This document shows, piece by piece, positions 26,585-35,205 of a stretch of DNA of 64,000 nt. The translations under genes were made by a program, and so were the position numbers. Source of the stretch: a virus (taxonomy: Duplodnaviria; Caudoviricetes); the IMG/VR virus record IMGVR_UViG_3300010355_000898, positions 128,001 through 192,000 of that record, one strand, 5' to 3'. A model generated the notes under the pieces. The model saw only the letters and a program-made list of their open reading frames with translations. It was not told the DNA's origin and ran no database searches. Position 1 is the first letter of the stretch. Each line of letters begins with the position of its first letter.

Positions 26585-26656
26585 CGTTACTGCACAAGGT
26601 GTGACCAGAATTTCATAAGTTCTTGGGTGAGGGTTCGATTCCCTCAGTAACGACCA
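26585..26656 (+). tRNA. tRNA-CAT (Met or Ile2), reduced D-arm
   Basis: cgttact/agtaacg; tt CAT aa; CCA. Confidence 0.75.
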
Positions 26657-26964
26657 ACACAATCTGTTCAAGTGACTGAAGTCAAGCCCCTTACTCGGGG
26701 GTGAAGTACCAATGCCAGAAACTGATTGGGTCCAAGGATAGTGAAACAGAACGCAATGTAGTCTCGTTGGACGATCAGGCAGTTTCTTAATCGTCAGCCA
26801 GATGTAATGGTCAAGATAACAATGACTCAGAGTTGCAACCATTTGTGGTGAAAATCCATCATATCAGTAACAGTCAGCGAGGCTAGCTGATTGGATATGT
26901 GACAGAAATGCAGTTTCATGAAAGTAGGTGATAGGGTTGAGATCCTATCCGGGACAGAATGTGT
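26657..26964 (+). ncRNA. ~310-nt structured ncRNA, family unassigned
   Basis: 5'/3' ends pair; many hairpins; 8-bp loop-loop complementarity. Confidence 0.7.
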
Positions 26965-26972
26965 TGATTTAT

Positions 26973-27056
26973 GCTCACGTGGTTGGAATAGCAGACACGG
27001 CAGTCTCAAAAATTGCTGGGAGAAATCTCGTGGGGGTGCAAGTCCCTCCGTGAGCA
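26973..27056 (+). tRNA. tRNA-Leu(CAA)
   Basis: ct CAA aa; V-arm. Confidence 0.9.
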
Positions 27057-27179
27057 CTGATGAAAATGTGTGTGACAGCTAATGAGAACACTGCTCGTTA
27101 AGTTGATGACCGTCAATGGAGAAATCATATCAGTTGGGTTCATAACATCTAATCATACACCAGTAGTCACCGGTTCGAT

Positions 27180-27251
27180 TCTCCGGTAGCTCAGCGGGAG
27201 AGCGGGAAGCTGTTAACTTCTTGGTCGTAGGTTCGATCCCTACCTGGAGAG
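27180..27251 (+). tRNA. tRNA-Asn(GTT)
   Basis: ct GTT aa; G73. Confidence 0.94.
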
Positions 27252-27264
27252 CAATTTTTATCAT

Positions 27265-27352
27265 GGAAGGTCAACCCAATTGGCGATGGGAGCTGTTTTG
27301 AACACAGTCGAGTGTAAGAGCCTTGGGGGTTCAACTCCCTCACCTTCCGCCA
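27265..27352 (+). tRNA. tRNA-Ser(TGA)
   Basis: tt TGA ac; V-arm; GCCA. Confidence 0.92.
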
Positions 27353-27442
27353 AGTTCTGAGTGCACTCAGAGGTGTTCCCAATTGACACCAAGTGGAAAC
27401 TGTATTCCACGCAATTGAATATTCCTGGGTCACCCTGGGGAT

Positions 27443-27514
27443 GCGATCGAGGCCGACTGGTGAGGCGATTGCTTGCCAAGCAATCTTATGTGGGTTCAAT
27501 TCCCATCGATCGCT
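27443..27514 (+). tRNA. tRNA-Gly(GCC)
   Basis: tt GCC aa; U73. Confidence 0.9.
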
Positions 27515-27518
27515 CTAA

Positions 27519-27705
27519 GCTGGAGACATTGGTTCGAATCCAATCAAGATAAAGAGTATCAAATACTGTGAAGTTACCATCACTTGAATGTACATAGCGC
27601 TTAAAGTAATTTTAGAAGAAAATGTTCTAGACAAATATTCTAAAATGATGACATTCTAAATGGTTGAGAAATTTATTTTGTAGCTCAATTGGCAAGAGCA
27701 ACAGC
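27519..27705 (+). ncRNA. circularly permuted tRNA-like RNA 2 with structured insert
   Basis: T-arm attgg-ttcgaat-ccaat precedes D-arm tagctc-aattggcaa-gagc; acceptor caagata/tattttg. Confidence 0.75.
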
Positions 27706-27713
27706 AGATTTTT

Positions 27714-27807
27714 GGAAGACAAATCAGTCAGGGACTGAACCTGTTTGCTAAACAGTGGGCTACCCATGAAGAATGGGAGTGGGTTTCGAGTACTCTGTCT
27801 TCCGCCA
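27714..27807 (+). tRNA. tRNA-Ser(GCT)
   Basis: tt GCT aa; long V-arm; GCCA. Confidence 0.87.
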
Positions 27808-27808
27808 T

Positions 27809-27896
27809 AGAGAGTAAATTAACGAAGCGTTAAGCCTGTCTCGAAAACAGTGCGATGGTTGATGAAATCATTGGGGATCAGGACCTCTGCTCTCTG
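27809..27896 (+). tRNA. tRNA-Ser(CGA)
   Basis: ct CGA aa; V-arm; atypical T-loop. Confidence 0.78.
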
Positions 27897-27901
27897 CAAA
27901 T

Positions 27902-27990
27902 GGAAGGTAAACCGGTTAGGATACCGGGCATGTTTGGAAAACATTGAGAAGGTTAAAAACTTTGTGTTTCGAGTACACTGCTTTCCGCCA
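27902..27990 (+). tRNA. tRNA-Ser(GGA)
   Basis: tt GGA aa; V-arm; GCCA. Confidence 0.87.
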
Positions 27991-27992
27991 AT

Positions 27993-28067
27993 GTCCCAAT
28001 AGTATAGTGGCAATTATGCATCCTTGGTAAGGATGAAACCTGGGTTCGATTCCCAGTTGGGGCTCCA
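27993..28067 (+). tRNA. tRNA-Thr(GGT)
   Basis: tt GGT aa; CCA. Confidence 0.93.
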
Positions 28068-28071
28068 TAAT

Positions 28072-28143
28072 GCGCACAGAGTGTGCTGGGTACACATCAC
28101 CATGACGGGGTGAACAGGTTGAGTTCAATTCTCAATGTGCGCA
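28072..28143 (+). tRNA. tRNA-Val(GAC)
   Basis: tcacc-at GAC gg-ggtga. Confidence 0.85.
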
Positions 28144-28172
28144 CAGATTGTTTCAACACAATATTTAACGTT

Positions 28173-28784
28173 ATGTCTATTGATACAAAACGTTGGGGTA
28201 AAATTGCCGGGATTCTCAAAGAGAATATGTGGGATGCAACAACTGATGCATTGCAACGTGATTGCAGGTGTGAAAGTTGTGGTAAAATCATAACACAGGA
28301 TGATATTGATGAGTATGAGGCAGAAGGTGGAGAAGGTTGTCCTGCTGTTTGCACAGATTGTGCTGATGAAGAGGCAAGATTGCCATCATCGGGTGCAAAA
28401 CATATGTGGGAAAGTTTTTCTGTCAGCATTATGCAGGAAGCACCATACATTTATAAACCATTCAAGAGCACTGCTCCTGCTCCAATGTGTCAAGCTTGTG
28501 GAAATGAATTGACATATAGGGATAGAGTTGAGTATGAGAATGAGGGTGGAGAAGGTTGGCCAGAACTCTGCAGTGATTGCACAGATTACAAAAATCCTAA
28601 ATGGGCTCAAACAAAAAAGTCAATTGAAGAGGTTGACGAACCGGTTGTTGGAGCAGATCCCAATTGCAAAAATTGTGCAGGAACTGGGTGGGAATATGAA
28701 ACCGGTCAGGATGGTGAACGTGAAAAGGTCAATTGTGACTGTATTCACAAACGTAAATCAGATAAATTGGCAATGAAAAAATAA
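28173..28784 (+). CDS. multi-zinc-ribbon protein
   Basis: two CxxC..EYExEGGEG.P..CxxC repeats plus a DnaJ-like CKNCAGTG; ATATTTA-N5-ATG. Confidence 0.8.
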   Translation: MSIDTKRWGKIAGILKENMWDATTDALQRDCRCESCGKIITQDDIDEYEAEGGEGCPAVCTDCADEEARLPSSGAKHMWESFSVSIMQEAPYIYKPFKSTAPAPMCQACGNELTYRDRVEYENEGGEGWPELCSDCTDYKNPKWAQTKKSIEEVDEPVVGADPNCKNCAGTGWEYETGQDGEREKVNCDCIHKRKSDKLAMKK

Positions 28785-28837
28785 CAAATTCTTGGTGCAC
28801 AATCTGACAGCGTACAGTAATATCAGATTGTGAACAT

Positions 28838-28913
28838 GGCTCTGTCATCTAATGGTTTAGGATCACAGACTTTCGATCTGTTTATGCGCGTTCGAATCGC
28901 GTCAGAGTCACCA
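28838..28913 (+). tRNA. tRNA-Glu(TTC)
   Basis: ct TTC ga; CCA; own promoter at 28795. Confidence 0.93.
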
Positions 28914-28916
28914 TAT

Positions 28917-28990
28917 TGGGATATAGCTCAAAGGCAGAGCAACCGGCTTTGAACCGGTGTATGTTGGTTCGATTCCAGCTATCCCAACCA
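28917..28990 (+). tRNA. tRNA-Gln(TTG)
   Basis: ct TTG aa; CCA. Confidence 0.94.
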
Positions 28991-28996
28991 ATCAAA

Positions 28997-29328
28997 GGGG
29001 CGAACAGGTTTCGACGGGTTTGCTCATTCACAGTAAGCATGCAGTGTGAACAACTCTTTGTTCAGAATATTTGCAAACACAAATACACAAGATTTCGCAC
29101 TTGCTGCGTAAATCGCTGTCTGTGCACCATGAGATCTGATGTACAGATGGTTCAATTTTGATCTCAAACTGTTGTCTGATGATTTGGGTCAACAGTGTTC
29201 AGAAATCTGAGATGATAATCGTCGCATAAAAAGTTATCAACCTGCGCACAGGTTATTGCGCTGAAGCATGTGATAGAAAACTGTGAATGTAAAATTCGGA
29301 CATGGGTTCAATTCCCATACGCTCCACA
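28997..29328 (+). ncRNA. ssrA: tmRNA; tag ANTNTQDFALAA at 29073-29111
   Basis: GGGGCGAACAGGTTTCGAC 5' end; G3:U70; T-arm; ALAA-stop tag. Confidence 0.95.
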
Positions 29329-29383
29329 ACATTGCTATTCAATTGTCAACACAATTCAATCAGTAAATTCTGAAAGAAAAATA

Positions 29384-29902
29384 ATGTCAACAAAAGTGCT
29401 CCTCCTAACATCATGGTATTTTCCTCACAAGATTATCACTTGGGAAGCTGCAATCAATCTCATCTTCAATGATAAGGTTGATATCATAGCTTCATATGAT
29501 GAAGATCTCAGATCACCATCAATGGTGATGAAAATGCCTGCAGTTCTCAGATTGAGGAAACAGTTCAAACCTTCAAAGAAGGGTGCAAAATTTTCACGTA
29601 TCAATGTCTTCACAAGGGATGATTGGACATGTCAATATTGTGGAAAACGATTCACAATGAGAGAATTGACGTATGATCATGTCATTCCAAGGAAACATGG
29701 AGGCAGAACTGAATGGGACAACATTGTCACAGCGTGCAAAAATTGTAACGCAAAAAAAGCAAGCCTCCTGCCAGATGAGGCAGGTATGTGGCCTGTGCAT
29801 CAACCCATCAGACCCAAGAGTATGCCTTTCATTCAGCCAAGAATTCATGCTGAGGACATTCCCCCAGAATGGGAAGGTTACATTGTTGCAACACCAGAAT
29901 AG
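29384..29902 (+). CDS. HNH endonuclease (McrA-like)
   Basis: RDDWTCQYCG, TYDHVIP, WDNIVTACKNCN. Confidence 0.92.
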   Translation: MSTKVLLLTSWYFPHKIITWEAAINLIFNDKVDIIASYDEDLRSPSMVMKMPAVLRLRKQFKPSKKGAKFSRINVFTRDDWTCQYCGKRFTMRELTYDHVIPRKHGGRTEWDNIVTACKNCNAKKASLLPDEAGMWPVHQPIRPKSMPFIQPRIHAEDIPPEWEGYIVATPE

Positions 29903-30127
29903 TGCTCAAGATTTGATAATGTACATTCACAATGATGAAATTGTGTCAATAGCATTAATCAATCATACTGATACAACCAGTATAAATTCAAAATCAATGT
30001 TTAGTAAACATATACGAATGTTTTCATTAACAACAGGACACTATTTGTACAAATTGTCATCAAAATCTGAAGTTGTTGATGTCTATCAACAACCAAAATT
30101 TGGTATGATCAGAAAGAAATTTGAAAA

Positions 30128-30337
30128 ATGTTAACGTTTTTTGTGGTGTTCAGTATTGTGCAATTTGTGATTTTGTGTGCAACAATTCACAGATTTTGGA
30201 AATTTTCAAATGCAACAAATGCGTGTTTCAATGATGTTCAAAACATTTTTCAGACACACAATGCAATGTTTACACAAATTGCAAAAATTTTGAACGTTCG
30301 AAAAGATCAGAATGATGAAGGAGAATATTTGAATTAG
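30128..30337 (+). CDS. small membrane protein
   Basis: N-terminal TM segment. Confidence 0.6.
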   Translation: MLTFFVVFSIVQFVILCATIHRFWKFSNATNACFNDVQNIFQTHNAMFTQIAKILNVRKDQNDEGEYLN

Positions 30338-30338
30338 T

Positions 30339-30677
30339 ATGAAAAAGTTTATTGCGTTGAGCACAATTCTGTTGTTGATTGCTTGTTGCAACGTTGGTGC
30401 ACCACAAGGTCCGCTTGGAACTAGCGGAAATGAAACTGAATTGAGGGTCGGTACAACCACAATTGATACACCATCAGAAAAGAATGATAACTGCAATCAG
30501 TGTCCATGCAATGAAGATGAAATTCCAGTATGTGTTGGAGAAGATGTCAAATTGGTCATCAATACAATGGATCAAGTTGAATTAATCCTCACCGGAGAAG
30601 CAGATCTCAATCTTCAGAAAGAAGTGAAAGATAATGATAACACTTATCTAAATTTTGTATACACACATACATGGTGA
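30339..30677 (+). CDS. putative lipoprotein
   Basis: MKKFIALSTILLLIAC lipobox-like signal. Confidence 0.7.
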   Translation: MKKFIALSTILLLIACCNVGAPQGPLGTSGNETELRVGTTTIDTPSEKNDNCNQCPCNEDEIPVCVGEDVKLVINTMDQVELILTGEADLNLQKEVKDNDNTYLNFVYTHTW

Positions 30678-30792
30678 TCTGTTGTGACATTGTTCTGCTA
30701 TCAACAGAATTCCGAAATTCTGTTTGGGTATTGTAACATCAGCATAAAAATCAGTTAAACAGTTTGTGATCTGACACTTATACATAATCTTT

Positions 30793-31341
30793 ATGAAGAT
30801 TGGCTACATAGTGATGGCCGCAAAGCCTTATCATGCAGGACATGATGGGCTTGTTCGCATTGCGGCAGGTGAATGTGATCATGTAAAATTGTACATTTCA
30901 ACATCTGACAGAATCAGGAAGGGTGAAATCAAAATTTCTGGCGCTGCAATGGAATACATTTGGAAAGAATTCATTATCAGAACACTGCCAGATAATGTTG
31001 AACCAATCTATGGTAAAGTCACTGTAAGAAATGTTTATGAAGATCTGCAGGCTGCTGAGAGTGAAGGATCACTTGATGTGCACATTCTGTATGGTGATGA
31101 GCATGATGTTGAGAATGAATTCCCTGATAAGTCACTTGAAAAGTACGTACCAAATCTTTTCAAAAATGGTCAAATCATCAAACGTGGTGTGATGAGAACA
31201 GAAACGGTTCCTGTCTCAGGAACAAAAATGCGGGAATTGATTGCAATGGGTGATGAAGTGAACTTCAAAAAGTTTCTCCCAAAACAGTTGCAAAAGTATG
31301 CAAATCGTATATTCAGTCTGTTAACAAACAGTGAATTGTAA
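30793..31341 (+). CDS. HIGH-family nucleotidyltransferase (cytidylyltransferase/NMNAT-like)
   Basis: KPYHAGH; SGTKMRE. Confidence 0.82.
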   Translation: MKIGYIVMAAKPYHAGHDGLVRIAAGECDHVKLYISTSDRIRKGEIKISGAAMEYIWKEFIIRTLPDNVEPIYGKVTVRNVYEDLQAAESEGSLDVHILYGDEHDVENEFPDKSLEKYVPNLFKNGQIIKRGVMRTETVPVSGTKMRELIAMGDEVNFKKFLPKQLQKYANRIFSLLTNSEL

Positions 31342-31365
31342 TCAATTACGCAATACAATTATGGA

Positions 31366-32298
31366 ATGGGCCTAGGACTTGTTTGTCAATTTGTTGTACA
31401 ACAGAATGGAAAATTGAAAAATATTCTTGATGAGAGACATGTTAAACAGATGTCAATCAAATCAGGAAAATATTCTGACGCTGATCTCATTGAATTGTAC
31501 AGAACCAATGCACAAAATCTCCTGAAACAGATCAGTATGATCTCTTCAAAATATTCGTGCTTCAGGATATCATCTGAACTGTTCCCAATGATGGACGCGG
31601 TCAGCGAACACTTATGGTGCACTGATGAAAACATGAACACATTGAAACAGTGTGGTGATGTGATGCGTAAACATGGCACTCGTTGGGGTATGCATCCAGG
31701 TCAATTCTGTATTCTGTCTTCAGATCATCAACATGTTGTTGACAATGCACTCACATCCCTTCGCGTGCACGCGAAGGTTATGAACATGTTCAGTTCTGAT
31801 GTGAACCCTTTGCATTACATCAATATTCATGGTGGAAAATCTGATCGTGCAGCAAATCTGTCAAAACAGATCAACCTGTTGCCAAGTGACATTAAAAGCA
31901 GATTGACACTTGAAAATTGTGAATTGTGCTATTCTGTTGAAGAACTGCTTCCTGTACATCTTGAAACTGGTGTTCCAATCACATTTGATTTGCATCACCA
32001 CAATATCAATCCTGGACATTTAACTGTTGAAATGGCCATTGATGCATGCATTGAGAGTTGGGGTAACATCAAGCCAGTGATGCACATTTCAAATTCAAAA
32101 CCTGGGATCACTGAAAACAATTCTGTTCCTGAACGTAGGGCCCACAGTGATTACATTGAACATTGTCACCCATACATAATTGAATTGTTGAAATCTGATG
32201 TGATTGATCTTGAAATTGAGGCAAAAGCAAAAAATCTTGCTGTTGACAAGTTTGCAAAAACATTCAATGTCATGAGTCATCCAATGAGTGAACAGTGA
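31366..32298 (+). CDS. uvsE: UV-damage endonuclease
   Basis: FRISSELFP, MHPGQF, NIHGG, LTLEN, FDLHHH, AHSDY, EIEAKAKN. Confidence 0.92.
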   Translation: MGLGLVCQFVVQQNGKLKNILDERHVKQMSIKSGKYSDADLIELYRTNAQNLLKQISMISSKYSCFRISSELFPMMDAVSEHLWCTDENMNTLKQCGDVMRKHGTRWGMHPGQFCILSSDHQHVVDNALTSLRVHAKVMNMFSSDVNPLHYINIHGGKSDRAANLSKQINLLPSDIKSRLTLENCELCYSVEELLPVHLETGVPITFDLHHHNINPGHLTVEMAIDACIESWGNIKPVMHISNSKPGITENNSVPERRAHSDYIEHCHPYIIELLKSDVIDLEIEAKAKNLAVDKFAKTFNVMSHPMSEQ

Positions 32299-32427
32299 AC
32301 AATATGGTGTTAGGATTGATGCCATGCTGTTGAACACAATACTGTTGTTGATTGTACCAATTGGGATAATGATTGATATTGTTGTGTTGAAACAGTCAAT
32401 TATCACAATATTTATCAGACAGTGACA

Positions 32428-32595
32428 ATGAAATTATCTGTAAAACAACTCAGAAAGATCATTTTTGAAGCAATGAATGAAGATGCATGGATGCCAAACA
32501 AATGGATGCCAACATCTGGCGAACCGGTTTCAAAAGATGATGCTGAAAAGTTGGGCGAAGGTGATGAGGACATTGACGCAAATCAGAATGATTAA
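32428..32595 (+). CDS. 55-aa leader-motif protein
   Basis: MKLSVKQLRKIIFEAMNE; ATATTTA upstream; not in ORF track. Confidence 0.7.
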   Translation: MKLSVKQLRKIIFEAMNEDAWMPNKWMPTSGEPVSKDDAEKLGEGDEDIDANQND

Positions 32596-32780
32596 AAAGT
32601 TTTGTACAAAGTCAATAAACGTTGTAATGTCATATTAATGAATTCCTGATTTCAAATAGAAATCTTGTATGCAATGATAGTTTATTGGAAAACATTCCTT
32701 CACAGTGATTGGGAAGAAACAAATTCATAATTTGTTCATTGCACCGCATCCTTTGGATGCCTTAACAAAAGAGAAAAATT

Positions 32781-33125
32781 GTGAAAAAGTCAAATAAGAA
32801 GAGTGTTAAATTCAATCCTCCCACAATGATCAATGTTGATGAATTGGCAAAAATGCAGGAAGAAGATGTGATTGCACTGTATCAATCACTTGATAACGAT
32901 AGAAGTCATGTTGCACAACATCATGGTGACCCAATGCCTTGGGAAACAGAATTGGCATACATTCAAAAAGAATTGCAATATCGTGCACAAAATCGTGCAG
33001 CCCACAGACAATGGGAAGAAAAGGAAAGGATTGCGCAAGATCTTGCAGAAAATAGTTATCCTGAATTTGAACACAACAATTTCAAAATTTTTGAGTTTAT
33101 CATCAAGAGTGGAAAATATAATTGA
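32781..33125 (+). CDS. hypothetical protein
   Basis: 114-aa ORF directly before the sigma gene. Confidence 0.7.
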   Translation: MKKSNKKSVKFNPPTMINVDELAKMQEEDVIALYQSLDNDRSHVAQHHGDPMPWETELAYIQKELQYRAQNRAAHRQWEEKERIAQDLAENSYPEFEHNNFKIFEFIIKSGKYN

Positions 33126-33138
33126 AGGAGGTGTCTAA

Positions 33139-34008
33139 ATGACACAAAAACAGTCAATATTTGATGATAAACAGTTCAAAAATGGTGGAACACTTTCTGC
33201 ATACATCAATGAGATGAAGAAATATCCTCAATTGAAGCATGCAGACACAATTGAACTGTTCAAACTTCTTGAGCAGGGTGGTAAAGAAGCAGAAAAAGCA
33301 AGAAAGAAGATCATAAATTCAAATTTACGTTTGGTCATTTCAATTGCAAAGCAGTACAAAAATCAGAATATTCCACTTGAAGATTTAATTCAAGAAGGAA
33401 ATATTGGATTGATGAAATCAATTGAAAGATTTGAGTGGAAGAAGGGTTTTAGATTTTCAACATATGCAACATGGTGGGTCAAACAGGCAATTGGACAACA
33501 CATGTTGAAGACAAGACGTCTCATCAGATTGCCAGCGCATGCTGTTTCATTGCAAAAGAAGCTGATATCAGCAACTGATGAATACAGAAAACATATGGGT
33601 TGTGAACCAACAATTGAAGAACTTCAGGAATTGGTCAATGCTTCAGAAGCTGTCATAAAAGCAACAATGAACAGTGGTCGTGGCGCAATATCAATGCAAC
33701 AATCAAGTTCATGTAATGAACATGATACAATAGAAAATCATCTTGAAGATCCGGATTATGAATGCAATCCATTTGACAGTGTATCAGAAATTGAATTGAT
33801 ATCAATCACAAAAAAGATATTGTCATCACTCTCTGAAAAGGAAGAAGCAATATTACGACTCAGATTTGGACTCTTTGATGATCCAACAAATCATAAAGAT
33901 TATCCAATAACAGAGGATGAATATGACAGTATTCGTAATAAAGGAATAGGATTACAAAATGTTGATATTGATGCTAACATTGATATTGATGATTCAACTG
34001 TTGAATAG
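33139..34008 (+). CDS. RNA polymerase sigma-70 family factor lacking region 4.2
   Basis: NLRLVISIAKQY, DLIQEGNIGLM, FSTYATWWVKQAI, LSEKEEAILRLRFGL; GGAGG SD. Confidence 0.93.
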   Translation: MTQKQSIFDDKQFKNGGTLSAYINEMKKYPQLKHADTIELFKLLEQGGKEAEKARKKIINSNLRLVISIAKQYKNQNIPLEDLIQEGNIGLMKSIERFEWKKGFRFSTYATWWVKQAIGQHMLKTRRLIRLPAHAVSLQKKLISATDEYRKHMGCEPTIEELQELVNASEAVIKATMNSGRGAISMQQSSSCNEHDTIENHLEDPDYECNPFDSVSEIELISITKKILSSLSEKEEAILRLRFGLFDDPTNHKDYPITEDEYDSIRNKGIGLQNVDIDANIDIDDSTVE

Positions 34009-34157
34009 TGTACTGATATTCAAACTGCATTCAACAATTAACAAAAAATTTGATGATGTTATTGAACAGATCAAAAATGTTGATATGAATGCCAATACAA
34101 CAAAAATTGGTAATACAGATTTCATTGACAAATTGTTTATGGCGCACAGAAAGAATT

Positions 34158-34436
34158 ATGAAAAGAGAACATAAAGAATATTCAACAATTGGCGATATTG
34201 AAGGAGAAAATTTCAGAAATATTGCAGACATATTGTCAAAGATGGGTTACAAAATGAATCATTCATCTGTTCACAATTATGTTTCAAAGATAATGAAAAA
34301 GTTTGCGGGAGGTTTTGCTGAACACTATGGATATAAATGTTCTGAACAAAATCTATCAATGATAGCAAAATCTTCACTGTTCCAAAATGGTTTGGCTGAA
34401 ATATTGCACAAAATTGAAAATGAAAATCGAGAGTAA
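34158..34436 (+). CDS. HTH protein resembling sigma region 4.2
   Basis: FRNIADILSKMGYKMNHSSVHNYVSKIMKKF. Confidence 0.65.
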   Translation: MKREHKEYSTIGDIEGENFRNIADILSKMGYKMNHSSVHNYVSKIMKKFAGGFAEHYGYKCSEQNLSMIAKSSLFQNGLAEILHKIENENRE

Positions 34437-34455
34437 TTAGATTTGAGGTAATTTG

Positions 34456-34830
34456 ATGAAACTTAGAATGAACAATTCTGTACCAAAATTTGGTTTAATG
34501 AATCTTCTCAAGAGAAGGAAGAGTACACTGAAACTGTTTTTATCAGAATTTGGAATAACAACATACGCTGGATTGTGTGAAATGTGCCAAAAAATTGGAG
34601 TTGCTCCGCCAACAGAACAAATATTCAACAATTCATTATCTGTTGACAAAATGAATGTGAACAATCCGAGTGAAGGTGTCGTTGTCATTCAAATTGAACC
34701 TGAACAGATTTCAGACAATGCTGTGCAATATGATGAGCAGATTCAGCCTGAGTTTGAACAGATTACCTCATTTGATGACATCCAAAGACCCCAGAAAAAA
34801 TCAAAGAAACAAAAAGATATTGGACAATGA
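34456..34830 (+). CDS. hypothetical protein
   Basis: GAGGT SD. Confidence 0.65.
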   Translation: MKLRMNNSVPKFGLMNLLKRRKSTLKLFLSEFGITTYAGLCEMCQKIGVAPPTEQIFNNSLSVDKMNVNNPSEGVVVIQIEPEQISDNAVQYDEQIQPEFEQITSFDDIQRPQKKSKKQKDIGQ

Positions 34831-34836
34831 TATCAT

Positions 34837-35205
34837 ATGGAAAATAATTCTGGGTCAATCTCGCATTCAAAACCTGTCATTCTTGATGTGATCACACAAA
34901 ATGGTGGTAATCATCATAACAAAAAGCATAAACGACACAAACAATTCAATCTGAAAAAACAGGAAATTGATCATAAAAATGTTGCAGAAGAGTACACAAA
35001 ATTTCCAATGGAATTGAAACCTCTCTTGATTGAAGCAATCAATTATGGAAAGAAAACAAATGCATTGGGTGCAATGTTGGGGGCTGTAGCTCTTTCCAAA
35101 GTGATCAGTATGATTGATGATATGAATTCACTTGATGAAATAAAACTGTATGCAAATAGTGAAATGAATAGACTGAAACAGATGATGTCTGCATATGATT
35201 TATGA
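34837..35205 (+). CDS. hypothetical protein
   Basis: 122-aa ORF in operon. Confidence 0.65.
   Translation: MENNSGSISHSKPVILDVITQNGGNHHNKKHKRHKQFNLKKQEIDHKNVAEEYTKFPMELKPLLIEAINYGKKTNALGAMLGAVALSKVISMIDDMNSLDEIKLYANSEMNRLKQMMSAYDL

Noticed and set aside
26657-26964. Firm call as RNase P RNA or a group I intron
   Set aside because: No GAGGAAAGTCC/P4 pairing seen and it does not interrupt a tRNA; left unassigned
1343-27065. CTGATGA sites (~1345, 4025, 23969, 27057) as hammerhead ribozymes
   Set aside because: Could not build stem II plus GAAA and a cleavage triplet
22963-28128. ORF-track proteins across the tRNA island
   Set aside because: They overlap or are antisense to tRNAs and are spurious
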